This document shows positions 12,004 to 24,068 of a DNA stretch of 64,000 bases, piece after piece. The notes beneath the pieces were generated by a model. That model was not told the DNA's origin. It was given only the letters and a program-made list of their open reading frames with translations, and made no database searches. The stretch's first letter is position 1. The number at the start of each line of letters is the position of its first letter. Source of the stretch: Malacoraja senta (Eukaryota); NCBI GenBank assembly GCA_038087875.1, contig JAXLNO010004250.1, positions 124,001 through 188,000 of the forward strand. Reading direction: 5' to 3'. The translations under genes and the position numbers were made by a program.

Positions 12004-12007
12004 AAAG

Positions 12008-12146
12008 CCCGCGCACCAACCCTGTCACGTGACAGACCCGGCCCCGCGCACCAACCCTGTCACGTGACAGACCCGGACCCGCGCACCAACCCTGTCACGT
12101 GAGAGGCCCGGCCCCGCGCACCAACCCTGTCACGTGACAGACCCGG
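12008..12146. repeat. 35-bp minisatellite x4 containing the palindrome ctgtcacgtgacag
   Basis: Units start at 12008, 12043, 12078 and 12113. Confidence 0.95.
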
Positions 12147-12508
12147 CATCTGACGAGGGTTCTCTAATACACAGTTCAGCCACTAGGGGCCGCTACAGGG
12201 TGACGTTTCGGGTCGAGATCCTTCTTCAGACTGGGAATCGTGGGAGATGGAGTCCAGAATATGGACATGGGCCGCGGAACCGGGGACTGCAGCCCCCCAC
12301 ACACACACATTTTTGGCGAGACATACTTCAATGTCTCCGGCCTTGGACGAGAGGCTGCTGTGCTCTGAGCAACCTGGTCGTGGGTGTTGGAGAGCGGGGG
12401 CGGATGGATGGATGGAAGCAGCAGCACCGGCGGGGGACAGATGCGGACGGGGAGCCCGGGCTGGCGAGTGTTTGCCGGGCTGGCGAGTCGCTCGCTGCAG
12501 CTCCGGCC

Positions 12509-12655
12509 ATGGAGCAGCCTCAGTGCAAGAGTCCCGGGCCGTCTGAGACGTTGCGCCGCTGCCGTGAGAGTCTCTACGCCCAATTCGCCCTGGTGACCGG
12601 CATGGATCAGGCTGCGGCTCGGTGCATCCTGGAGGACAACCAGTGGCTGCTGGAA
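12509..12655 (+). pseudogene. TDP2: Orphan first exon encoding a TDP2-like N-terminal UBA-like domain, copy 1
   Basis: ccggccATGG start; MEQPQ...RESLYAQFALVTGMDQAAARCILEDNQWLLE resembles TDP2 (LCVEFA...AVAQCFLAENDWEME). Donor GAA|gtaggt. No downstream TDP2 exons seen. Confidence 0.6.
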
Positions 12656-12829
12656 GTAGGTACCAAGCACTGGGTAGAAGCGGTGGAAGATAGTGGTCTT
12701 CAAATGGGGGTGGTTGGAGAAAGCATCATACTTGCCTGCAGGATTTTCACTTACTGTAACTGCAGGAAAAATGTTCCCTATGTTGGGGGAGTCCAGAACC
12801 AGGGGTCACAGTTTAAGAATAAGGGGTAG

Positions 12830-13870
12830 GCCATGTAACCATATAACAATTACAGCACGGAAACAGGCCATCTCGGCCCTTCGAGTCTGTGCCAAACACT
12901 TACTCTCACCTAGTTCCATCTACCTGCACTCAGACCATAACCCTCCATTCCTTTCCCGTCCATAAACCTATCCAATTTATTTTTAAATGATAAAATCGAA
13001 CCTGCCTCCACCACTTCCACTGGAAGCTCATTCCACACAGCTACCACTCTCTGAGTAAAGAAGTGCCCCCTCATGTTACCCCTAAACTTTTCTCCCTTAA
13101 TTCTCAAATCATGTCCTCTTGTTTGAATCTTCTCCACTCTCAATGGAAATAGCTTATCCACGTCAACTCTGTCTATCCCTCTCATAATTTTAAAGACCTC
13201 TATCAAGTCCTCCCTTAACCTTCTGCACTCCAAAGAATAAAGACCTATCTTGTTCAACCTTTCTCTGTAACTTAGGCAATGAAACCCAGGCAACATTCTA
13301 GTAAATCTCTTCTGGACTCTCTCTATTTTGTTGACATCTTTCCTATAATTTGGCGACCAAAAGTGTACACCATATTCCAGAATTGGTCTCACCAATGCCT
13401 TGTACAATTTTAACATTACATCCCAACTTCTATACTCAATGTTCTGATTTATAAAGGCACACCAAAAGCTTTCTTTACCTCCCTATCTACATGAGATTCC
13501 ACCTTCAGGGAACTATGCACAGTTATTCCTAGATCCCTCTGTTCAACTGCATTCCTCAATTCGCTACCATTTACCATGTACGTCCTATTTTGATTTGTCG
13601 TGCCAAGATTTGGCACCTCACACTTATCAGCATTAAACTCCATCTGCCATCTTTCAGCCCACTTCCAAATGCCCTAAATCTCTCTGTAGACTTTGAAAAT
13701 CTACTTGTTATCCACCATTACTCATTGGTATCTCCCATTCAGCCACTGTTGAATCCATCTTGCTACTCCACTATTAATACCCAACAATTGAACCTTCTTA
13801 ATCAACCTTCCATGTAGAACTTTGTCAAAGGCCTTACTGAAGTCCATATAGACAACATCCACTGGATGGT
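12830..13870 (-). mobile_element. CR1 LINE 3' fragment (same subfamily as 19181-21680)
   Basis: ORF 12910-13416 (MLKLYKALVRPILEYGVHFWSP...) is near-identical to the C-terminus of the 777-aa ORF. Confidence 0.93.
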
Positions 13871-15318
13871 GGACTGAGATGAGGACACAGTTGTGAATCT
13901 GTGGAATTCTCTGCCACAGAAGGCAGTGGAGGCCAATTCATTGGATGTTTTCCAGAGAGAGTTACATTTCACTCTTGGGGCTAGTGAAATCAGGGGAATT
14001 GGGGGAAAAAACAAGAAAGGGGTACTTATTTTAGATGAACAGCCATGATCATATTGAGTGCTGGCTCGAAAGGGCGTAAGGCCTATTGCTGCACCTATTT
14101 TCGATATTTCTATGCGAGTATATATGGCAATAAATCTCGACCATTTGATTTTGAAGCATTGGGTGGAGGGTGTGGGATGGGGCACACCCCCCCCCCCCCT
14201 CCCACAGGAGGGACTTTTTGAAATTTGATGTATTAAAATCATGTTTTAGTGCATTGTAGAAGTATGATTTCAATGTTTTTTTTAAAAGTATTTTTAAGAT
14301 AATGTAGGGCCCTCATGAGAGGAGAGGTAGGAGCAGGTGATTATTATTTTTGTTATTGCTCGACCTCCAAAAACTGGGGAATAATAATACAGGCCATCCC
14401 CCACCTCAAAAAGTGTCGGGGGGGGGGATCCCCCATCCCCCCTCCCCCCCAGATCGACGCCAGTGCCTTCCACGGTACAGAAATGTTGACACTTTTTTTA
14501 AAAATGTGTTATAATTTCAAGTGCTTTTTTTTTGTTTGTAGTTGGAAAAAGGGAGAAGAAATAATCATAACATATCCTGATTTTGCAAAGTCATACAAAT
14601 TATGTTTTGCACGTGGAAAAAATCGGAGTATTTTAAAAGTATGCGTTCTTGTTTTGATGTAAATTTCATTTTGATTTGAATTTAGAATCATCAAACCATG
14701 ACATTAATAAAGGGGGTATATGTTTGTGGAAACGTAACTTTTTTAAAAGTAGCACTTTCGAGAAATCTAAAATGCATTTGAAATATCCATTTCAATGCAG
14801 TGAGTCTTTTGCCCAGAGTAGGTGAATCGAGGACCAGAGGACAGATGTAAGGTGAAGGGGAAAAGATTTCATAGGAATCTGAGGGGTACCTTTTTCCACA
14901 CAAAGGGTGGTGGGTGTATGGAACAAGCTGCCAGAGGAGGTAGTTCAGGCAGGGACTATCCCAGCATTTAAGAAACAGTTAGACTGATACATGTTTGGAG
15001 GGATATGGACCAAAAGCAGGTAAGTGTAGCTGGGACATGTTGGCGGGTGTAGGCAAGTTGGGCCGAAGGACCTGTTTTCACACTGTATCACTCTTTGACT
15101 ACATTATACCTCCACCACTCTTGAAAACATCCAGTGAATTGGCATCCACTGCCTTCTGTGCAGGGAATTCCACAGATTCTTATTCTTAAACTGTGACCCC
15201 TGGTTCTGGACTCCCCCAACATCCGGAACATTTTTTCCTGCAGTTACAGTAAGTGAAAATCTAGCAGGCAAGCAGGATGCTTTCTCCAACCACCCCCATT
15301 TGAAGGCCACTATTATAT

Positions 15319-15725
15319 GAATTCGCCCCGGTCACCGGCATGGACCAGGCTGCGGCTCCGTGCATCCTGGAGGACAACCAGTGGCTGCTGGTAGTAGGTA
15401 CCAAGCACTGGGTAGAAGCAGTGGAAGATAGAGCCGCAGCCTGGTCCATGCCGGTCACCAGGGCGAATTGGGCGCAGAGACTCTCACGGCAGTGGCACAA
15501 CGCCTCCAATGGCACGGGATTCTTGCACTGAGGCTGCTCCATGTCCGGAGCTGCAGCGAGCGACTCGCCAGCCCGGCAAACACTCGCCAGCCCCGGCTCC
15601 CCGTCCGCATCTGCCCCACGCCGCTGCTTCTGCTTCCATCCATCCCTCCCTCCGCCCCGGCTCTCCAACACCCACGACCAGGTTGCTCAGAGCGCAGCAG
15701 CGTCTCGTCCAAAGGCAGAGACATT
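15319..15725 (-). pseudogene. TDP2: TDP2-like first exon, copy 2, with internal micro-inversion
   Basis: Minus-strand MEQPQCKNPVPLEALCHCRESLCAQFALVTGMDQAAA. The remainder (CILEDNQWLL) lies inverted at about 15358-15430. Confidence 0.6.
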
Positions 15726-15726
15726 T

Positions 15727-18260
15727 GGACGAGTACTTAAGGAAGTACCCAGAGTACTTAAGGAAGTAGCTCCAGAAATAGTGGATGCATTAGTGATAAT
15801 TTTTCAAAACTCTTTAGATTCTGGAGTAGTTCCTGAGGATTGGAGGGTAGCAAACGTAACCCCACTTTTTAAGAAGGGAGGGAGTGGCGGCGCTTTTAAT
15901 CGGCTGCGGCTCACCTGCAGTCCGTCTGTTTTTACTTTTTCTGTTGTTTTTTTTTGTCTTGTTTTGTTAAGTTTTAGTTTGTTGGGTTGTGTTTGGGGGG
16001 GAGAAACATGTCCTCTGTCTCCTCCTTTGGGGGAATGCGACTTTTTCGTGTCGTATCCCCCCTTCCCTGCCTCCGTCTGCCGTGAGGCCTAATGGCGGAG
16101 CTGGCCGCCTCCATCCTGCGACCAACCCCGAGGCTACGGAGTCAGAGCCAGCCAGGACATACCAACGAGAGGCTGGCCGTCTTCGGGGCTGAGGCAGCGG
16201 TGGCCCGACTTGCTGGTGCGGCGTTCTGGCTTTCGGCGGCAGCCTGGAGCTGATACAGCGGGGTCCGGAGCGGAGACTGCGGGACCCGGAGCTGGTGCAG
16301 CGGGGTCCGCAGCGGAGTCTGCGGGACCTGGAGCTGATACAGCGGGGTCCGGAGCGGAGACTGCGGGACCTGGAGCTGATACAGCGGGGTCCAGAGCGGA
16401 GACTGCGGGACCTGGAGCTGGGGCGGCGGCTCGGAGCGGAGACTGCGGGACCCGGAGCTGGTGCAGCGGCCTGGAGCGGAGATTGCGGGACCCGGAGCTG
16501 ATGCTGTGGCGGGCCGTCTCGCAGCGGAGACGGCGTTCCGGCTTTCGGCGGCGGCGACATCACCACGGAGGTCCGCTGGACTGGAGGGCGGCATCTTCGG
16601 CCTGGATCGATCGCCTCAGCGCAGAGGGAGAACAAGGAGGGAAGAGACAGAGACTAAGACTTTGCCTCCATCACAGTGAGGGTGTGCTTGGTGAACTCAC
16701 TGTGGTGGATGTTTAATTTGTGTTTATTGTATGTTTTGTTATTATTGGTTCTGTGTATGACTGCAGGCATCACAATTTCGTTCAGACCGAAAGGTCTGAA
16801 TGACAATAAAGGAAACTTGATTACTTGACTTGACTTGATTACTTGAGAGAGAAAACGGGGAATTACAGACCAGTTAGTCTAACAACGGTAGTGGGGAAAC
16901 TGCTAGAGTCAGTTATTAAAGATGGGATAGCAGCACATTTGGAAAGTGGTGAAATCATTGGACAAAGTCAGCATGGATTTACGAAAGGTAAATCATGTCT
17001 GACGAATCTTATAGAATTTTTCGAGGATGTAACTAGTGGACTGGATAGGGGAGAACCAGTGGATGTGTTGTATCTGGACTTTCAGAAGGCTTTCGACAAG
17101 GTACCACATAAGAGATTAGGATACAAACTTAAATCACACGGTATTGGGGGTTCAGTATTGATGTGGATAGAGAACTGGCTGGCAAACAGGAAGCAAAGAG
17201 TAGGAGTAAACGGGTCCTTTTCACAATGGCAGGCAGTGACTAGTGCGATACCGCAAGGCTCAGTGCTGGGACCCCAGCTATTTACAATTTATATTAATGA
17301 GCTGGATGAGGGAATTGAAAGCAACATCTCCAAGTTTGCAGATGACACTAAGGCAGTGTTAGCTGTGACGAGGATGCTAGGAGACTGCAAGGTGACTTGG
17401 ATAGGCTGGGTGTGTGGGCAAATGTTTGGCAGATGCAGTATAATGTGGATAAATGTGAGGTTATCCACTTTGGTGGCAAAAACGGGAAGGCAGACTATTA
17501 TCTAAATGGTGGCCGATTAGGAAATGGGGAGATGCAGCGAGACCTGGGTGTCATGGTACACCAGTCATTGAAAGTAGGCATGCAGGTGCAGCAGGCAGTG
17601 AAGAAAGCGAATGGTATGCTGGCTTTCATAGCAAGAGGATTTGAGTATAGGAGCAGGGAGGTTCTACTGCAGTTGTACAGGGTCTTGGTGAGACCACACC
17701 TGGAGTATTGCGTACAGTTTTGGTCTCCAAATCTGAGGAAGTACATTATAGCCATAGAGGGAGTGCAGAGAAGGTTCACCAGACTGATTCCTGGGGTGTC
17801 AGGACTTTCATATGAAGAATGGATAGACTTGGCTTATACTCGCCGGAATTTAGGAGATTGAGAGGGGATCTTGTAGAAACGTACAAAATTCTTATGGGGT
17901 TGGACAGGCTAGATGCAGGAAGATTGTTCCCGATGTTGGGGAAGTCCAGGACAAGGGGTCACAGCTTAAGGATAAGGGGGAAATCCTTTAAGACCGAGAT
18001 GAGGAAAAACGTTTTCACACAGAGTGGTGAATCTCTGGAACTCTCTGCCACAGAGGGTAGTTGAGGCCAGTTCATTGGCTATATTTAAGAGGGAGTTAGA
18101 TGTGGCCCTTGTGGCTAAAGGGATCAGGGGGTATGGAGAGAAGGCAGGTACGGGATACTGAGTTGGATGATCAGCCATGATCATATTGAATGGCGGTGCA
18201 GGCTCGAAGGGCCGAATGGCCTACTCCTGCACCTAGTTTCTATGTATCTATGTATCTATG
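15727..18260 (+). mobile_element. CR1 ORF2 fragment and 3' UTR, interrupted by an insertion at 15885-16845
   Basis: aagaagggagggag (15872-15884) continues as agagaaaacgggg (about 16848). ORFs 16843-17505, 17397-17861 and 17819-18064; (tatgtatc)n tail. Confidence 0.93.
15885..16845 (+). mobile_element. Non-autonomous GC-rich retroelement with an internal 42-bp minisatellite
   Basis: Its 3' part (actttgcctccatcacagtgag...atgacaataaa, then (cttga)n) matches the reverse-complement copy at 59240-59420. About six 42-bp units at 16243-16505. Confidence 0.8.
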
Positions 18261-18319
18261 AAACATGTCTAGCTAAAAAAGTGGGGGGCTGCAGCACCCG
18301 GTTCCGTGGCCCATGTTAT

Positions 18320-18690
18320 GAATGAATGAATGAATAAGTTTATTGGGCAAGTATTCACATACAAGGAATTTGCCTTGGTGCTTCGCCCACAAGTGACAAC
18401 ATGACATACATTGATAGTTATGAATGACACATAAAACATTAAACATTAATAATTAAACATTATTGATTAAACATGTGAATAAAATAAAATACCAGAGCAA
18501 AAGGAGGCTACAGATTTTTGGTTATTGAGTAGAGCTACTACTCGTGGAAAAAAGCTGTTTTTATGTCTGGCTGTGGCAGCTTTGAAAGTCCGGAGTCGCC
18601 TTCCAGTGGGAAGTGATTCAAAGAGTTTGTGGCCAGGGTGAGAGGGGTAAGAGATGATCTTGCCCACTCGCTTCCTGGCCCTTGTAGTGT
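18320..18690 (-). mobile_element. Rex1/Babar-type 3' fragment
   Basis: Reads GKII..PSHPGHKLFESLP.GRRLRT.KAATARHKNSFFPR. Near-identical to 39590-39950. Confidence 0.88.
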
Positions 18691-19021
18691 ACAGTTCGTC
18701 AAATCAATTATATATATATANNNNNNNNNNNNNNNNNNNNNNNNNNNNNNNNNNNNNNNNNNNNNNNNNNNNNNNNNNNNNNNNNNNNNNNNNNNNNNNN
18801 NNNNNNNNNNNNNNNNNNNNNNNNNNNNNNNNNNNNNNNNNNNNNNNNNNNNNNNNNNNNNNNNNNNNNNNNNNNNNNNNNNNAGCTTGTTGCTAGACAA
18901 CAGTGGGTGGTCGGGCTGCAACTCTCGCGTGGACCGGGCGTGATCTGGTCCGACCGGTCACGTGGTCAGGGGGCGGCGGTTGGAATTCAAACGGTTGGCG
19001 GTTGGAGCCAGGGACGGACAG

Positions 19022-19180
19022 GGTAAAGTGACCGTGAGGTCTGATGTAGTGAGTGTGTGGTAGAGAGTACAGTGACCGTGAGGTCTGATGTAGTGTGTGT
19101 GTGTGGTAGAGAGTACAGTGACCGTGAGGTCTGATGTAGTGTGTGTGGTAGAGAGTACAGAGACCGTGAGGTCTGATGTA
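19022..19180. repeat. Minisatellite of about 42-46 bp (gtagagagtacagtgaccgtgaggtctgatgtagtgtgtgtg), left block
   Basis: About four units, read directly. Confidence 0.95.
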
Positions 19181-21680
19181 GTTCAATTTTCCACACATAG
19201 ACTGGGAAACACATTCTGTAAAAGGGCTGGATGGTTTGGAGTTTGTAAAATGTGTGCAAGATAGTTTTTTGCAGCAATACATAGAGGTACCTACTAGAGA
19301 AGGGGCAGTGCTGGACCTCCTGTTAGGAAATGAGACAGGGCAGGTGGCGGAGGTATGCGTCGGGGAGCACTTCGGGTCCAGTGATCACAATACCATTAGT
19401 TTCAATATAATTATGGAGAGGGTCAGAACTGGACCTAGGGTTGAGATTTTTGTTGGGAGAAAGGCTAACTTTGAGGAGATGCGAAAGGATTTAAAAGGAG
19501 TGAATTGGGACATGTTGTTTTATGGGAAGGATGTAGAAGAAAAATGGAGGACATTTAAGGGTGAAATTTTAAGAGTACAGAATCTTTATGTCCCTGTTCG
19601 GTTGAAAGGAAATAGTAAAAAATGGAAAGAGCCATGGTTTTCAAGGGAAATTGGACACTTGGTTCGGAAAAAGAGAGAGATCTACAATAATTATAGGCAG
19701 CATGGAGTAAATGAGGTGCTTGAGGAGTATAAAGAATGTAAAAAGAATATTAAGAAAGAAATTAGAAAAGCTATAAGAAGATATGAGGTTGCTTTGGCAA
19801 GTAAGGTGAAAGTAAATCCAAAGGGTTTCTACAGCTATATTAATAGCAAAAGGATAACAAGGAATAAAATCGGTCCATTAGAGAGTCAGAGTGGACAGCT
19901 ATCTGCAGAGCCAAAAGAGATGGGGGAGATATTGAACAATTTCTTTTCTTCGGTATTCACGAAGGAGAAGGATATGGAATTATGTGAGGTAAGGGAAACG
20001 AGCAGAGTAGCAATGGAAACTGTGAGATTCAAAGAAGAGGAGGTGCGGACACTTTTGAAAAATATGAAAACGGATAAGTCTCCAGGTCCTGACAGGATAT
20101 TCCCTAGGACATTGAGGGAAGTTAGTGTAGAAATAGCAGGGGCTGTGACAGAAATATTTCAAATGTCATTAGAAACGGGAATAGTGCCGGAGGATTGGCG
20201 TACTGCGCATGTTGTTCCGTTGTTTAAAAAGGGTTCGAAGAGTAAACCTAGCAATTATAGACCTGTTAGTTTGACGTCAGTGGTGGGCAAATTAATGGAA
20301 AGGATACTTAAAGATAATATATATAAGCATCTGGATAAGCAGGGTCTGATTAGGAACAGTCAACATGGATTTGTGCCTGGAAGGTCATGCTTGACTAATC
20401 TACTTGAATTTTTCGAAGAGGTTACTAGGGAAATTGATGAGGGTAAAGCAGTGGATGTTGTCTATATGGACTTCAGTAAGGCCTTTGACAAGGTTCCTCA
20501 TGGAAGGTTGGTTAAGAAGATTCAATTGTTGGGTATTAATGGTGGAGTAGCAAGATGGATTCAACAGTGGCTGAATGGGAGATGCCAGAGAGTAATGGTG
20601 GATGGCTGTTTGTCAGGTTTGAGGCCGGTGACTAGTGGGGTGCCTCAGGGGTCTGTGTTGGGTCCACTGTTGTTTGTCATGTACATCAATGATCTGGATG
20701 ATGGTGTGGAAAATTGGATTAGTAAGTATGCAGATGATACTAAGATAGGTGGTGTTGTGGATAATGAAGTAGATTTTCAAAGTCTACAGAGAGATTTAGG
20801 CCATTTGGAAGAGTGGGCTGAAAGATGGCAGATGGAGTTTAATGCTGACAAATGTGAGGTGCTACATCTCGGCAGGACAAATCAAAATAGGACGTACACG
20901 GTAAATGGTAGCGAATTGAGGAATGCAGTTGAACAGAGGGATCTAGGAATAACTGTGCATAGTTCCCTGAAGGTGGAATCTCATGTAGATAGGGTGGTAA
21001 AGAAAGCTTTTGGTGTGCTGGCCTTTATAAATCAGAGCATTGAATATAGAAGTTGGGATGTAATGTTAAAATTGTACAAGGCATTGGTGAGGCCAATTCT
21101 GGAGTATGGAGTACAATTTTGGTCGCCTAATTATAGGAAGGATGTCAACAAAATAGAGAGAGTACAGAGGAGATTTACTAGAATGTTGCCTGGGTTTCAG
21201 CAACTAAGTTACAGAGAAAGGTTGAACAAGTTAGGTCTTTATTCTTTGGAGCGCAGAAGGTTAAGAGGGGACTTGATAGAGGTCTTTAAAATTATGAGCG
21301 GGTTAGACAGAGTGGACGTGGAAAAGCTTTTCCCATTGAGAGTAGGGAAGATTCAAACAAGGGGACATGACTTGAGAATTAAGGGACAGAAGTTTAGGGG
21401 GAACATTAGGGGGAACTTCTTTACTCAGAGAGTGGTAGCTGTGTGGAATGAGCTTCCAGTGGAAGTGGTGGAGGCGGGTTCGATGTTATCCTTTAAAAAT
21501 AGATTGGATGGGTATATGGACGGGAAAGGAATGGAGGGTTATGGTCTGAGTGCAGGTAGATGGGACTAGGGGGAAGTATTTATTTTTAATTTTATTTTTA
21601 AAAAATTTTAAATGTTCGGCACGGACTTGAAGGGCCAAGATGGCCTGTTTCCGTGCTGTTATGGTTATATGGTTATATGG
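19181..21680 (+). mobile_element. Young 5'-truncated CR1 LINE with an uninterrupted ORF2 remnant (777 aa, 19236-21569)
   Basis: Endonuclease tail (LDL.L..E, GSSDHNTI), RT (QHGF..GRSCLTNL, QGSVLGP, YADD), no stop codons, (atatggtt)n tail. Confidence 0.96.
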
Positions 21681-22000
21681 TAGTGTGTGTGTGTGTGTGT
21701 GGTAGAGAGTACAGTGACCGTGAGGTCTGATGTAGTGTGTGTGGTAGAGAGTAAAGTGCCCGTGAGGTCTGATGTAGTGTGTGTGTGGTAGAGAGTACAG
21801 TGACCGTGAGGTCTGATGTAGTGTGTGTAGTAGAGAGTACAGAGACCGTGAGGTCTGATGTAGTGTGTGTATGTGTGGTAGAGAGTACAGTGACCGTGAG
21901 GTCTGATGTAGTGTGTGTGTGGTAGAGAGTACAGTGACCGTGAGGTCTGATGTAGTGTGTGTGTGGTAGAGAGTACAGAGACCGTGAGGTCTGATGCCGT
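21681..22000. repeat. Same 42-46 bp minisatellite, right block
   Basis: About seven units with the same unit as 19022-19180. Confidence 0.95.
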
Positions 22001-22919
22001 GTGTGACACAGAGTAAGGCAAAGATCTGTAGCAAGCTGTAGGATCTTTGGTGTAAAGAGACCAGTGATGCCATCTGTGATAGAGTACAATCTCTCTATAT
22101 CTGTCTATCTATCTCCACCTCTGTCTCTCTCCTCTCCCTCTCTCTCATTCCTCTTTCTCTCTCTCGCCCTCACTCTCTCTCATTTCTCTCTCCTCTCATT
22201 TCTCTGCTCTCTCATTCCTCTCTCTCTCTCCTTTTCCCTCTTTTCTCTCTCATTCCTTTCTCTCTCTCCCACTGTCTCTCTCACCCCCCCCCCCCTCTCT
22301 CATTAACTATATATATATAACAGTATATATCAGGATGTCGCTGTGTGTGCAATATAGTCTATATACACCAATGTAAAGGTTTCTGATGAGGTAAGGCTCT
22401 GTGGTCACTAGCACAAAGAAAGACACGGCCACCACCGAGTAAGAGTAAGCCTTTTTATTCTGCAAACACTGCTTTTTATCTTGAAGGTCACTTGACCTCA
22501 GTCACGAGTTTCAGGCACGAGTTTCCATTTCAGAATACACAATATATTTATAGTACACAATATATCTATCTATTATATTATTAAAACTCTGTGTGTGTTT
22601 GTGGGTGTATGTCACGTTCCATTTTCAGATTTGTTTTCAGATTAGATTTTTTTGGCCTTTGATTCTTTGGTCAGCCAAAACCACACGCGTAAACTCAGCG
22701 ATTTTTTCCATTTCGCTCGCGATTTCGCTTTTACATTCGCAAATCCACTCTTCATTACCTTTAGATGTTTTTATGTACACATTTTTAAAATAAAATCCTT
22801 CCCCCCCCCACCCATTTTAAAATCTAAACGGAACTCACCAGCTGCGACGTCACAATGCAAACATGCCGACCAATCGAAGCCGCTTTTCTCTCTCTCTCTC
22901 TTCATTTGGCAGCCCGGCT

Positions 22920-23120
22920 CCTCCCCCTCCCTCCAACTACGCTCGCGCTGCGCCACCCGCAGCTCGACTCGCCCGCTCCAACCCCTCCCTCCCTCCAACT
23001 ACGCTCGCGCCGCGCCATCCGCAGCTCGACTCGCCCGCTCCAACCCCTCTCCCTCCAACTACGCTCACGCCGCGCCACCCGCAGCTCGACTCGCCCGCCC
23101 GCTCCAACCCCTCCCCTCCA
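22920..23120. repeat. GC-rich tandem repeat of about 61 bp, x3
   Basis: ccaactacgctc recurs at 22933, 22995 and 23055. Confidence 0.9.
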
Positions 23121-23419
23121 ATGCCCCGCCCGCCTGCGCGCCCCTCCATCCCCTGCGCGCTCCAGAGAGTCAGAAGCCCACAGCTCCACTCCCAGGCCCG
23201 GCCGCTCACTCCAACCACCCCCCCCCTCCTCAAAATGCTCTGCAGATCGGGAGAAGAGATAAGTCTTTAGCTCTCTGACTCCTCCCTGTTCTGTGTTCCT
23301 CTCTCTGAACGAGCAAGATCCTGGGGAGGAGAAGTGGGGGATTGAGGGAGAGGAGGGAGAGAGGGGAAGGTGAGGAGGGAGAGTGTTGGAATACAGGGAG
23401 AGGAGTTGGGATGATAGGG

Positions 23420-24068
23420 AATGGGGAATAGATGGACTGTCCCCCCCATCCCTCCCCACTCTCTCCCCCTACCCCTCTCACCCCCTTCCCTTTCTCCCCT
23501 ACCCCATCTCCTCCTCCCTCCCCACACTCTCCCCCGTATCCCTCTCCCCCTCCCTCCACACTCTTCCCCCTCTCTCCCCTACCCCATCTCCCTCCTGCCC
23601 TCCCTCCACCCCTCCCATACCCCTTCCCTCCACCCCATCCCCACCCCCACCCTCCCTCCTCCTCCCTCCCCCCTCCCTGCCCCCCTTCCCTTCCCCCCCT
23701 CTCCCCCTCTCTCTCCTCCACTCTCTCTCCTCCCATCTCTCACCCCACCCTAACCCACTCTCCCTCACCCACCCTCCCTCTCCTGCTCCGCTCCACCCCC
23801 TCTCCCTCTGTATCTTGCCCTTCTGTCTCTGCCCCTTTCTCTTTGTCTCTCCCCATTCTCTCTCTGCTCCCTCTCCCCCTCTCTCTCTCCCCGCTCTCTC
23901 TCTCCCCCCCCTCTCTCCCCGTCTCTCTCTTCCCCCTCTCTCTCTTCCCCCCCTCTCTCTCTCTTCCCCCTCTCTCTCTCTTCCCCCCCTCTCTCTCTCT
24001 TCCCCCCCCCTCTCTCTTCTTCCCCCCCTCTCTCTCTTCCCCCCCCTCTCTCTCTTCCCCCTCCCCCC
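23420..24068. repeat. Polypyrimidine (CT/CC-rich) low-complexity tract
   Basis: Base composition, read directly. Confidence 0.95.

Noticed and set aside
12509-12655. TDP2 next to BTN as evidence of conserved extended-MHC (human 6p22) synteny
   Set aside because: Only duplicated exon-1 fragments are present, and they could come from anywhere in the genome.
14120-14760. AT-rich MITE-like repeats with G/C runs
   Set aside because: Probably DNA-transposon debris, but termini and family could not be established.
16142-16716. Ala/Gly-rich repeat protein ORFs
   Set aside because: A 42-bp unit is a multiple of three and lacks stops in several frames; there is no other coding evidence.
22385-22540. 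Possible short solo LTR (TG...CA), and an LTR-like stretch at 36170-36470
   Set aside because: No TSD, primer-binding site or second copy could be found.
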